48,701 nt of DNA from a virus (IMGVR_UViG_3300046460_000418), one strand, 5' to 3'. Positions 1 through 8,309 are shown, counted from the stretch's first letter. Notes: generated by a model not told the origin, from the letters alone. Numbers and translations: made by a program.

Positions 1-510
1 TTAGGTGAGAACCGACTGAATAATCGCGGAAAATGCCGTATTGGCAGCGGCGAAAGCATCTTCGAGTTGATCGCCAACGACCTTGTTCTCATAATCCGGT
101 GGAGCTTTCATGACAAAGCCTCCCTGGCGGCGCTCCCAGACTGCAAAGGTTCCGATAATCGACTGGGCAATATAGGTCTGCTCGTCACCTTCTCCATGGA
201 GAGTGAAGGTAAGTGGCTTGACTGCTGGCGACACTACTGGAGCGCTGAACAACGGAACGTCATCTGGCATCTCCGGCATTTCCAGGAATTCACGCACACC
301 ATCGCAATCGCGTTCCGACCAGAACGCAGCCGAAGAACCGTTCTGCTCATCGACCAATATCGCGATCTGGCTTGGTTGTGTCCATCCGACGAGGCGAGGC
401 GCATAAGAACGAACGAAGGCCGCTGAGAACTTTTCAAGTGCCGCATCATCGAGAGGCGTAAGTCCTGATGAAATGAAAGCTTCTCCGATGGCCGATTTTA
501 GCTGCCTCAT
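1..510 (-). CDS. Hypothetical protein (likely start MRQLKS at 510; ORF track extends to 552)
   Basis: Open frame ending in TAA at 1-3, globular-looking composition, co-oriented with 543..890; no recognisable motif. Confidence 0.6.
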   Translation of the reverse strand: MRQLKSAIGEAFISSGLTPLDDAALEKFSAAFVRSYAPRLVGWTQPSQIAILVDEQNGSSAAFWSERDCDGVREFLEMPEMPDDVPLFSAPVVSPAVKPLTFTLHGEGDEQTYIAQSIIGTFAVWERRQGGFVMKAPPDYENKVVGDQLEDAFAAANTAFSAIIQSVLT

Positions 511-542
511 TGGCTCAGTCCTTGAATTTCCCGCCGACAATT

Positions 543-890
543 CTACGAACATGCTTCGATGGCAAGGTCGACACGGGTCGTCGCGACATGGATTGCAATC
601 TTTCGCGCAAGCACCTGAGGCTGGTTCATCGGTTCGCGGAAAAGGATATTGGTAATCATGCTCTCAGTTTCGCCATCAATTGCCATCGTCGGGTAGCGGA
701 TCGTGCATTCCCACACCCTGTCGCCGTTGAACAGTTTCAACGAAACCTGAATTCCTGCAAACGGCAGCGCGAACCCACGTTCGACTGCAAAGATGGCAGA
801 AAGTTCGTCCACGCTCACCCCGACAGCGGCCAGTGTCGCTTTGGTTTGTCTCAACAAATGGTCGATTGGGTCGTTCTTTTCTTTAGCCAA
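543..890 (-). CDS. Hypothetical protein, 115 aa
   Basis: ATG start preceded by GGAG-like SD; divergent from thyA; no motif recognised. Confidence 0.6.
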   Translation of the reverse strand: MAKEKNDPIDHLLRQTKATLAAVGVSVDELSAIFAVERGFALPFAGIQVSLKLFNGDRVWECTIRYPTMAIDGETESMITNILFREPMNQPQVLARKIAIHVATTRVDLAIEACS

Positions 891-1025
891 GGTTTCATTC
901 TCCTGAACCGGTCAAGGAAATTATAGCTTTAAGGCGCTTTCCATTTAAAGAGCTGTTGGAGGTTGCAGGTCGCGAAAGATCGACGCTAAAATTTCGAAGT
1001 CGATTTCCTTGCCCGAGGCTCAGCC

Positions 1026-2012
1026 ATGACAGACCGCTTGCCGGAACACCAATATCTCGACCTGTTGCGGTCGATTAGAGACCAGGGCGACTTGCGCATC
1101 GACCGTACAGGGACCGGGACGCTGGCGAATTTCGGCACGCAGTTGCGTTTCGACCTGTCCGACGGATCGTTTCCGATGATGACGACCAAAAAGGTATTCT
1201 GGAAACTCGCCGTCAAAGAAATGCTTTGGTTTCTGACTGGCGGAACAAACATCCGCGAACTGCTTCAACAGAACGTCCGCATATGGTCTGATTGGCCACT
1301 CGCAAACTACCGCAAGGTCACGGGCGAAGCCATTTCCCAGGAAGCGTTCGAAGCCAAGGTGCTCGAAAGCGAAGAGTTTGCCCATCAATGGGGCGATCTG
1401 GGACCCGTCTATGGAAAGCAGTGGCGGCGATGGCTCGGCCCGGACGGCAAGGAACATGACCAGATCGGCTCCGTCCTGAAGGCGTTGAAGACAAGCCCTG
1501 CAAGCCGCCGCATTCTATTCCATGGCTGGAACGTTGCTGATCTCGACAAGATGGCGTTGCCCCCGTGCCACCTGCTTTATCAATACTTTGTTTCAGACCT
1601 GCCCATCGAGAACGTCGACCAACTGTCGGCAGACAAGCAGGAAACCATCAATAAATATCGCCCAAATCACGGCGAAAAGAAACGGCCCAAACTCAACTCG
1701 GTGTTGTATCAAAGAAGTTGCGACAGCACGCTTGGATTGTGCTTCAACCTGACCTCGCAAGCCGCTCTTATGGCTATCCTTGCACAGCAGGCCAACCTTG
1801 AACTCGGCGAATTGATCTGGTTCGGTGGTGACACACACCTGTATCTCGACCACCTTGAAGGTGTTGAGACCCAGCTGGCGCGTGAGCCTTTCCCGTTCCC
1901 GAAGTTGAAGCTACTGCGCAAGCCGGACAGCATCGACGGATATCGCATCGAAGATTTCGAAGTCACCGGATACCAGTCGCATCCACACATCGAATTTCCG
2001 GTCGCGGTGTAG
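1026..2012 (+). CDS. thyA: Thymidylate synthase (long, L. casei-type insert plus an extra insertion of about 30 aa)
   Basis: Motifs DRTGTGT, TTKKVFWK, GDLGPVYGKQWR, SRR, LPPCH (catalytic Cys), YQRSCD, FN (dUMP-specifying Asn), GDTHLY. Confidence 0.97.
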   Translation: MTDRLPEHQYLDLLRSIRDQGDLRIDRTGTGTLANFGTQLRFDLSDGSFPMMTTKKVFWKLAVKEMLWFLTGGTNIRELLQQNVRIWSDWPLANYRKVTGEAISQEAFEAKVLESEEFAHQWGDLGPVYGKQWRRWLGPDGKEHDQIGSVLKALKTSPASRRILFHGWNVADLDKMALPPCHLLYQYFVSDLPIENVDQLSADKQETINKYRPNHGEKKRPKLNSVLYQRSCDSTLGLCFNLTSQAALMAILAQQANLELGELIWFGGDTHLYLDHLEGVETQLAREPFPFPKLKLLRKPDSIDGYRIEDFEVTGYQSHPHIEFPVAV

Positions 2013-2018
2013 AGTCCC

Positions 2019-2471
2019 ATGAACCTTGTCATCATAGCAGCAGCCGATGCTCAATGGGGCATCGGAAACCAGAACCGGTTGCCCTGGAATGCTCCGGCCG
2101 ATCTCAAGCGCTTCCGCGAGCGGACCATGGGCAAACATCTCATCATGGGGCGACGGACCTTCGACGGATTGCCGGTTCAATTAAAGGGCCGTCATATCCA
2201 CGTCGCGAGCCGGTCTGAAACCGGGAATGCCGTTTCCATCGAAAACATCATCGATACCGGCATCGATCTTGGACTGGACGAAATGCTGGTCGCAGGCGGT
2301 GCTGAAATCTACCGGTCGATGGAACGGTACTGCAGCTTCGCTGAGATCACACGGATTCCAGGCACGCACACTTGCGACACCTACCTCGTCAATCTGGCTG
2401 AACGTGGTTGGACACGCTTCGCCGAAAAATCCCTTACCCACGACATCGTTGTCGAATACTGGAGGAAATGA
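2019..2471 (+). CDS. folA: Dihydrofolate reductase
   Basis: GIGNQNRLPWNAPADLKRFRERTMG..IMGRRTF, VAGGAEIY; directly downstream of thyA. Confidence 0.93.
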   Translation: MNLVIIAAADAQWGIGNQNRLPWNAPADLKRFRERTMGKHLIMGRRTFDGLPVQLKGRHIHVASRSETGNAVSIENIIDTGIDLGLDEMLVAGGAEIYRSMERYCSFAEITRIPGTHTCDTYLVNLAERGWTRFAEKSLTHDIVVEYWRK

Positions 2472-3007
2472 ACAATATGACCAAGCTTGCTATCGAGTTC
2501 ATCGTTACAAACCCACTGCTGGAAGAGTTGCACGGCGTGCCGGAGCACAAGACCACTGGTTCGGGAGCGATGGACCTCATCGCCTGCATCGACAAGGAAA
2601 TCATCCTGAAACCACAGGAGCAGATCATCCTCGACATGGGCTTCAAGATGCACATCAAGGACCCGCGTTTTGCTGGCGTTGTCATGCCACGTTCAGGAAT
2701 GGGTTCCAAGGGTCTCGTTTGCGGAAACACCGTCGGCTTCATCGATAGCGACTATCAGGGCCCCCTCAAGTGCGTCGTGTGGAACCGCTGGATGCCGGAC
2801 ATCTATTACAAGGAAGAACTGCTCTTCAAGGGCGGCGATGATATCGTCATCAAGCCAGGTGATCGAATCTGCCAGATTGCCTTCATGCGTGTCGAGCAGG
2901 CGAAGATCGTTTCCGTCACCTCATTCGACGAAGCAACGGCTCGCGGCGAAGGTGGCTTTGGATCGACCGGAACTGGGGCTCCACAGAATTCCATGCTGAA
3001 AATTTGA
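2468..3007 (+). CDS. dut: Trimeric dUTP diphosphatase with an extra C-terminal tail
   Basis: Motifs GSGAMDL, MPRSG, GFIDSDYQG, GDRICQ, RGEGGFGSTG; ATGA overlap with the folA stop sets the start at 2468. Confidence 0.95.
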   Translation: MNNMTKLAIEFIVTNPLLEELHGVPEHKTTGSGAMDLIACIDKEIILKPQEQIILDMGFKMHIKDPRFAGVVMPRSGMGSKGLVCGNTVGFIDSDYQGPLKCVVWNRWMPDIYYKEELLFKGGDDIVIKPGDRICQIAFMRVEQAKIVSVTSFDEATARGEGGFGSTGTGAPQNSMLKI

Positions 3008-3026
3008 TTTCGGGTAACGGACACGC

Positions 3027-3069
3027 TGAAAATGCGCGGTTCGACATTCAGATCGGCCGCGCATTTTCA
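3027..3069. terminator. 13-bp inverted repeat between convergent dut and sigma genes (bidirectional terminator-like)
   Basis: TGAAAATGCGCGG (3027-3039) / CCGCGCATTTTCA (3057-3069), 17-nt loop. Confidence 0.6.
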
Positions 3070-3085
3070 TATAAAGAAATCATTA

Positions 3086-3838
3086 TTATTCCCACAGGCC
3101 GCCGCTCAGGCCCGCATGTGTCAGAGCATCACGCATCTTTTCTATCGCCTGAACCTCAATCTGGCGCACACGTTCTCTTGTGATCAGCAGGTCGCGAGCG
3201 ATATCTTCCAGGGTCTCGGGATATTCGGTCAGCCTGCGGCGAAGAATGATCTTGCGTTCGCGTTCGGTAAGGCTGTCGAGTGCGATGGAAACCTGGCGCT
3301 CGGCTTCCTGCTGTGTCGATGCCGCGATAACGATATCTTCCGGGCCAGGGCTCGTATCCTTGAGGCGACTGACAATCGAATCACCGCCCTCGTCGTGCAG
3401 CAGAGTGGCATCGAGGCGAGTGGAGGGGAGAACTGCCAGACGGGCAGAATCGTTCTTGCCCTCGGGAATGCGGCCCATTCGCGCATCCATATAGGCTCGG
3501 GCCGGAATTGAGACGTCCGACATCGTCTTTGCCGTGGCGGCCGAAATGAAGGTTTGTATCCAGGGGCGCATATAGGTTGAAAACTTCACGCCTCGGGTTG
3601 GATCATAATTGATCATCGCCCTGGCAATGCCAAAGGACCCCTCTTGTGCGAGTTCCTTGATGTCTTCAACATTATCCGAATAGCTCGATGCCATACTGAA
3701 ACAAACACGATAATACGCGTCAGTGACACGGCGTAACGCCTTTTCACTCAGTGTTTCCTTGTATTCGGCTATCAGCGCCTTCTCCTCGGAAGGAGACAGC
3801 ATAGGGCGTGAAAGAGCCGAAGTGCGGGTTATGACCAC
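3086..3838 (-). CDS. Sigma-70 family sigma factor, RpoH/sigma32-like architecture, divergent
   Basis: Region 2 ELAQEGSFGIARAMINYDPTRGVKFSTY; region 4 LTERERKIILRRRL..ETLEDIARDLLITRERVRQIE; RpoH box not evident. Confidence 0.85.
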   Translation of the reverse strand: MVITRTSALSRPMLSPSEEKALIAEYKETLSEKALRRVTDAYYRVCFSMASSYSDNVEDIKELAQEGSFGIARAMINYDPTRGVKFSTYMRPWIQTFISAATAKTMSDVSIPARAYMDARMGRIPEGKNDSARLAVLPSTRLDATLLHDEGGDSIVSRLKDTSPGPEDIVIAASTQQEAERQVSIALDSLTERERKIILRRRLTEYPETLEDIARDLLITRERVRQIEVQAIEKMRDALTHAGLSGGLWE

Positions 3839-3921
3839 GGTGCTCCCTCCCAGCTATTCCTTTCAGAATTAGTGAGAGGCCTTGGCCGAAATAAGTCAAA
3901 TTTGTGGATTCCGCCGATAAG

Positions 3922-4158
3922 TCAGCCGCGCAGGCGCTGAATCGTTTCGATGGTTTTCCTTAAATAGAGGTTCATCAACTCCATTTTTGTATAGGAAACC
4001 TCGACGGATGGAGATAGGTCGCATGCTGTCATCAGCTGTCCCTCTGTCGCGTTCGTGGCCAGATATTTCAGGTGCGCCAGGATTTGCGCGTCGCTCTTTC
4101 CTTCGAACTTATCGAGATCGAGGACAAAATCGGCATAGGAAAGCTGTGGCCGTGGCAC
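3922..4158 (-). CDS. Small hypothetical protein (about 78 aa, GTG start just after the PBP1A stop)
   Basis: ORF 3922..4272 overlaps PBP1A; the GTG at 4158 follows the PBP1A TGA (4160-4162) by 1 nt and gives a helical-looking domain. Confidence 0.5.
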   Translation of the reverse strand: MPRPQLSYADFVLDLDKFEGKSDAQILAHLKYLATNATEGQLMTACDLSPSVEVSYTKMELMNLYLRKTIETIQRLRG

Positions 4159-4159
4159 G

Positions 4160-6448
4160 TCAGTCGGGCTGTTCGTCCTCGTCGGGATATGAGGCGGGTG
4201 TTCCCTCATCGGCGGCGGGCTGTATGCCTTCTTCGGAGCTTTGTTCTGCTGGTCGTTGTTGTGTTGGCTCACGAGGTTCCTCTCCTTCTCTTATGATTTC
4301 GACCACGTCCCCGTTGGGGTCGACCTGGCCGGTCAAACGGTCAGCCGTAATGGTGGTCGCACCAGGCGGCAGCGTAAAGTCAGAAAACTCTATCATGCCT
4401 TCGGAGCGGTCGAGAATACGCCGAACAACAGGAGCGACGGTCTCACCACCGGCAGCACCTTTATGGAGTGGGCGATAGTCGTCATGGCCAAGCCAGGACA
4501 CGATCACATATTTCGGACCAAAGGCGGCAAACCAGACATCTCGCGATCCATTCGTCGTCCCGGTCTTGGCAGCTATCGGATGCTTGAAGCCGGAAAATGC
4601 ACGGCTGGCCGTACCTGCATAGGTGACGCCTTCGAGGATCGAGGATAGCTGCGCGACAGCAACAGGATCGAAGTTGACGCCGGGATCGCTATGCACTGGC
4701 ATATTGTGCTTGAAGAAGCTTGCCCGGACCGGTTGACCGCCATTGGCGATTGCCGAATAGGCTACAGCGACATTGAGCGGCGACATTTCGACCGTTCCAA
4801 GCGCCATCGCGTAGGTGGCCTTCTCGGGCATCTGGAGGCCGACCTTGACGGCAGTCTCTCGAACCTTCTCCTCCCCCACATCGTAAAGAAGGCGGACGGT
4901 GGCGTGGTTGCGCGACTTCTCCAGCGCCCGGCGTAGCGTGATCAGTCCGAGACCCTTTTCATTCTGCTGGGGCCGCCAAACGGGAGCGCCGTCACCGCTG
5001 TCCAATTCGATGGGGCTGTCGAGAACGGGAGACATGGCATTGTAGCCCATCTCAAGGGCCGTCAGATAGACGAATGGCTTGAAAACCGATCCTGGCTGCC
5101 GCTTGGCTTGGGTCGCGCGGTTGAACTCGCTCTGTTCGGAACTGAACCCGCCGTCCATTGCCATGACGGTCCCGGTCGTCGGCTCCATCACGACGACAGC
5201 GCCCTGAACGTCCGGGACCTGCAGGATTTCCAGTCCGTCACCAATATCACCGACCAACACGGCATCGCCCAGTCTGATCAAGGACGATGCCTTGCGACCT
5301 GTCCAGGAAAGAGAGTTGATAGGCACAGAGACGACACCAGTTTCCGTTTCAAGCGCGATGGCTTTGCTAAGGCTGCGAACGACAGCAACCTTCCAGCTCT
5401 CTGCACCGGCCGGGGACTTGAGGCGATCATCATCCCAGTCGATGGAACCGGAGATGCCGCGAGCCAAAGTGCCGTGCCAACCGGTCTTCCGGTCTTCCAT
5501 CACCAGACCTCGGCGCAATTCCTCGTGAACTACCTTTTGCAGTGGGGCCTTGAGGGTTGTCTTCAGATCGCCACCATCGCTGTAGAACTTGTCAGAGCCC
5601 ACTTCAGCGATCTGAAGTCGTCGGACAGCTTCTTCGGCATAGCCATAGGCAGGGTCGCTGATCCCGGAAACCGGATCGGAACCCTTGGCCGTCACGAGCG
5701 GCAGGCCGCGATACCTGGCAGCGTCTTCCGGTGTGACATAACCAAGCTTCGCCATACGGTCGAGAACGTAATTGCGGCGCTCGGTGGCCTTACCGATGTT
5801 GGAGAACGGGTTCCCGGCAGATGGAGCCTGCGGGAGTCCGGCAAGCACAGCCGCTTCGCTTGGCGTCAGCTGATCGAGTTGCTTGCCGAAGTAGCGGTTC
5901 GCAGCTGCTTTGACGCCATAGACGCCCGACCCCAAGTAGATTTCATTCAGGTAGATTTCGAGAATTCGATCCTTGCCGATCTCTTTATCGATCTTCAGCG
6001 CCAGCAGCGCTTCCTGAATCTTTCGCTTCATCGTGCGTTCAGGGGTGAGAACGACGTTCTTGATCACCTGCTGATCAATTGTCGAACCGCCACTGATGCG
6101 GCCACCCTTGAGATTGGAAATGAAGGCCCGAGCGACGCCGACAGGATCGACGCCCTTGTGCTTCCAGAAATTTCCGTCTTCCGCCGAAAGGAAAGCAGCG
6201 ATGACAAGGGGCGGAATTTGATCGAGGGCAACGAATTCCCGGTATTCCTTCGCATGCACCCCAAGGACCGTACCGTCGTCGCCCAGGATGCGGCTGCCCT
6301 CTTTCGGCTGCCATTGACCGATCTTGCTGATGTCGGGCAAATCCTTCGACATTTCCTTGACGTAGGAAAGTGTGATCGACGCGCCAAGGATCGATGAGAC
6401 GACAGCCAGCACTGCTGTCCCTGACAGGATAGTTTTTGGAAGGCTCAT
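4160..6448 (-). CDS. mrcA: Class A penicillin-binding protein (PBP1A family, transglycosylase + transpeptidase)
   Basis: N-terminal TM; GT51 motifs AEDGNF, GGSTIDQQVIKN, RKIQE; transpeptidase SVFK, SRN, KTGT. Confidence 0.93.
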   Translation of the reverse strand: MSLPKTILSGTAVLAVVSSILGASITLSYVKEMSKDLPDISKIGQWQPKEGSRILGDDGTVLGVHAKEYREFVALDQIPPLVIAAFLSAEDGNFWKHKGVDPVGVARAFISNLKGGRISGGSTIDQQVIKNVVLTPERTMKRKIQEALLALKIDKEIGKDRILEIYLNEIYLGSGVYGVKAAANRYFGKQLDQLTPSEAAVLAGLPQAPSAGNPFSNIGKATERRNYVLDRMAKLGYVTPEDAARYRGLPLVTAKGSDPVSGISDPAYGYAEEAVRRLQIAEVGSDKFYSDGGDLKTTLKAPLQKVVHEELRRGLVMEDRKTGWHGTLARGISGSIDWDDDRLKSPAGAESWKVAVVRSLSKAIALETETGVVSVPINSLSWTGRKASSLIRLGDAVLVGDIGDGLEILQVPDVQGAVVVMEPTTGTVMAMDGGFSSEQSEFNRATQAKRQPGSVFKPFVYLTALEMGYNAMSPVLDSPIELDSGDGAPVWRPQQNEKGLGLITLRRALEKSRNHATVRLLYDVGEEKVRETAVKVGLQMPEKATYAMALGTVEMSPLNVAVAYSAIANGGQPVRASFFKHNMPVHSDPGVNFDPVAVAQLSSILEGVTYAGTASRAFSGFKHPIAAKTGTTNGSRDVWFAAFGPKYVIVSWLGHDDYRPLHKGAAGGETVAPVVRRILDRSEGMIEFSDFTLPPGATTITADRLTGQVDPNGDVVEIIREGEEPREPTQQRPAEQSSEEGIQPAADEGTPASYPDEDEQPD

Positions 6449-7083
6449 TACTGCTTTTTACCTTGGCCACTCGGTTTGGGGGGCGAAAACATCGGCGGAA
6501 GCGTGGATGCCAAGGAAAGCAAAAGTGTGGCATCCGGCGCTTTACCGTTGATGCGCACGACTGGCTCCAGTGAATGCGTTTTCTGATACAGTAGCAAGAG
6601 CTTCACGGCATCCCCGGCGAAAGGAATTGCCTTGGAAAGGCTGCGCCAGCCGTCGATTGCTGCCCGCCGGGCTCCTTCATGAAACACAGCGCCTGCGGTC
6701 ACCAGAGCAACCTCGCAACCAGAAAGTTCTCGCTTGAAGGCCGCAAGCTTCGGGTCATCCATCCGAAGACCGTCCACTTTCGGCGCGACCTGATGGATCA
6801 ATTCGAGCTGATCGGCGAATTCAAGGACCGCGTCGTAGCGCTGATCGACCTTCGGTTCATCTTTCAGATCGAGTGCCATCGGCGAATGGGAAAATCCTCG
6901 GCCGTAAATGAAGCCGCCAGCCACCATGAAGGCGTTTGAAACGGCCAGAACCTGTGCTTTTTCAATCGGCGATAGCGTGGTCAGTCGGGGAACGACACGC
7001 GGAGCGATTTCGCCAAGGGCAGCAAGGACTTTTTTCTGCTTAACAAAGGAAAACATGGATGTGCTCCAAAGGAATTTATCCAT
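6448..7083 (-). CDS. Hypothetical protein, about 200 aa
   Basis: TAATG stop/start overlap with PBP1A implies an operon; no motif recognised. Confidence 0.7.
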   Translation of the reverse strand: MDKFLWSTSMFSFVKQKKVLAALGEIAPRVVPRLTTLSPIEKAQVLAVSNAFMVAGGFIYGRGFSHSPMALDLKDEPKVDQRYDAVLEFADQLELIHQVAPKVDGLRMDDPKLAAFKRELSGCEVALVTAGAVFHEGARRAAIDGWRSLSKAIPFAGDAVKLLLLYQKTHSLEPVVRINGKAPDATLLLSLASTLPPMFSPPKPSGQGKKQ

Positions 7084-7189
7084 AATCCACGGCTTTTAAT
7101 TCTTTCTCAATAGATTGTTTTTAAGATGAATTTGACTCTGGGAATAATAGTTGACATATTTCCCTTGGAAGGGTGCTTTGCGAGGGAAA

Positions 7190-7738
7190 ATGCAACCCGA
7201 TGACAGTTTTAAGAAAGAGTTGGTAACTAGCCTTCCGAAGTTGAGGCGATTTGCCATGGTTTTGACCCGGAACCGTGAAGTTTCCGAGGACCTGGCCCAA
7301 AACACCGTAGAACGGGCTTTACAGCATTGGCGGCAGTATGAACCGGGCACTTCGATGATCGCCTGGCTTTACACGATCATGAAAAATGCTCACATCGAGG
7401 ATTATCGGAAAGATAAGTCCAGACGGAAGCAGTTTGAAGGATTTAAGCTCGATCTGCGCACGGACCCCTATTTTTTCCAGACCGCTCCCGAAGGAATTGA
7501 CCGGCTTATGTTGAAGCAGACCGGCATGATCATCGAAGCGATGCCTACGGCGCAAAAGGAAGCCTTGTACCTTGTTGGGCTGGAAGGTTATTCTTACGAA
7601 GAAGCCGCTGTCGTCTTGAAATGCGAAGTCGGAACAGTTAAGAGTCGGGTATCGAGGGCAAGGGAACGACTATCTCAGGTGTTCGACGAGGAATTCAAGA
7701 CAGGGCCGAAAAAGCCCCTGAAGTTTGAAATGGTTTGA
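7190..7738 (+). CDS. ECF sigma factor, EcfG/SigT (alphaproteobacterial general stress)-like
   Basis: LPKLRRFAMVLTRN..EDLAQ..YEPGTSMIAWLYTIMKN and EGYSYEEAAVVLKCEVGTVKSRVSRARERL; ATG 7190 after GAGG SD; TTGACA at 7151. Confidence 0.88.
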   Translation: MQPDDSFKKELVTSLPKLRRFAMVLTRNREVSEDLAQNTVERALQHWRQYEPGTSMIAWLYTIMKNAHIEDYRKDKSRRKQFEGFKLDLRTDPYFFQTAPEGIDRLMLKQTGMIIEAMPTAQKEALYLVGLEGYSYEEAAVVLKCEVGTVKSRVSRARERLSQVFDEEFKTGPKKPLKFEMV

Positions 7739-7822
7739 AAATGCTGCGATTTGTAATGCTCAAGCGAAAATCCCTGCACCGGGTAACACCTGGCTAGGAT
7801 TTCTGCTGCCTGCATTATCTGC

Positions 7823-7854
7823 AAGGGCCACGGGAAATCCGGCGGCCCTTTTTT
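7823..7854 (+). terminator. Rho-independent terminator after the ECF sigma gene
   Basis: AAGGGCC...GGCCCTT stem followed by a T run. Confidence 0.65.
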
Positions 7855-7935
7855 GTTGCCCGGTGCCGAAAACTTCCAAGGAAATCAGGAGTTCGGGACC
7901 ACGACCAACGCGTGGATCGGGCTTCTTCGTGATTT

Positions 7936-8007
7936 AAGCTAAGCCATTGAAAATAAACAGAAAAAAGTATTTTTGTTGTTGACTTTGTTTCTCGAAGGCG
8001 CTATCTT
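7936..8007 (+). promoter_or_regulatory. tRNA cluster 1 promoter: conserved upstream block, -35 TTGACT, 17 bp spacer, -10 TATCTT
   Basis: -35 at 7979-7984, -10 at 8002-8007; upstream block nearly identical to 46516-46563. Confidence 0.75.
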
Positions 8008-8030
8008 TAAAATCATCGAGAACGACATAC

Positions 8031-8107
8031 GGGTGCTTAGCTCAGTTGGTTAGAGCATCGGCCTTTTAAGCCGAGGGTCCAGGGTTCGAGCCCCTGAGCA
8101 CCTACCA
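8031..8107 (+). tRNA. tRNA-Lys(UUU)
   Basis: Canonical cloverleaf, anticodon arm TCGGC-CTTTTAA-GCCGA, GGTTCGAGCCC T-arm, encoded CCA. Confidence 0.95.
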
Positions 8108-8123
8108 TCGTTTTCAAGGAAAT

Positions 8124-8201
8124 GGGTGCCTGCCTGGAAGTGGGAATCAGGGCTGCCTCTTAAGCAGCGACATGTCGGTTCGATCCCGACGGCACTCACC
8201 A
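8124..8201 (+). tRNA. tRNA-Lys(CUU)
   Basis: Acceptor GGGTGCC/GGCACTC, anticodon arm GCTGC-CTCTTAA-GCAGC, T-arm GTCGG-TTCGATC-CCGAC, ACCA end; atypical D-arm. Confidence 0.88.
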
Positions 8202-8217
8202 TCCTTCCCTAATTCGA

Positions 8218-8304
8218 GAGAGTATGACCGGAGCGGCGACTGGTGCGGCCTTTTAAGCCGTTTGCGAAAGCACAACGTGGGTTCGAGTCCCACTGCTCTC
8301 ACCA
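8218..8304 (+). tRNA. tRNA with UUU (Lys) anticodon and long variable arm (class II body)
   Basis: Acceptor GAGAGTA/TGCTCTC, D-stem ACCG/TGGT, GCGGC-CTTTTAA-GCCGT, variable hairpin TGC-GAAA-GCA, T-arm GTGGG-TTCGAGT-CCCAC, ACCA. Confidence 0.85.
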
Positions 8305-8309
8305 TTTCA

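Noticed and set aside
1026-2012. ThyA homolog as a dCMP hydroxymethylase / DNA-modification enzyme
   Set aside because: It keeps the dUMP-specifying Asn (CFNLTS) and sits with folA and dut, as expected for true ThyA.
4159-4272. N-terminal 38 aa of ORF 3922..4272
   Set aside because: Overlaps the PBP1A 3' end in another frame; the GTG right after the PBP1A stop is the more economical start.
5108-6397. Long antisense ORFs (5108..6397, 8386..9489, 25683..26663, 31050..32291 and similar)
   Set aside because: They shadow well-supported genes on the opposite strand, a common artefact in GC-rich coding DNA, and show no motifs.
8218-8304. Ochre suppressor (UUA) reading of the class II tRNA
   Set aside because: The 7-nt loop is CT-TTT-AA, centring UUU; reading UUA needs a shifted, non-pairing stem.
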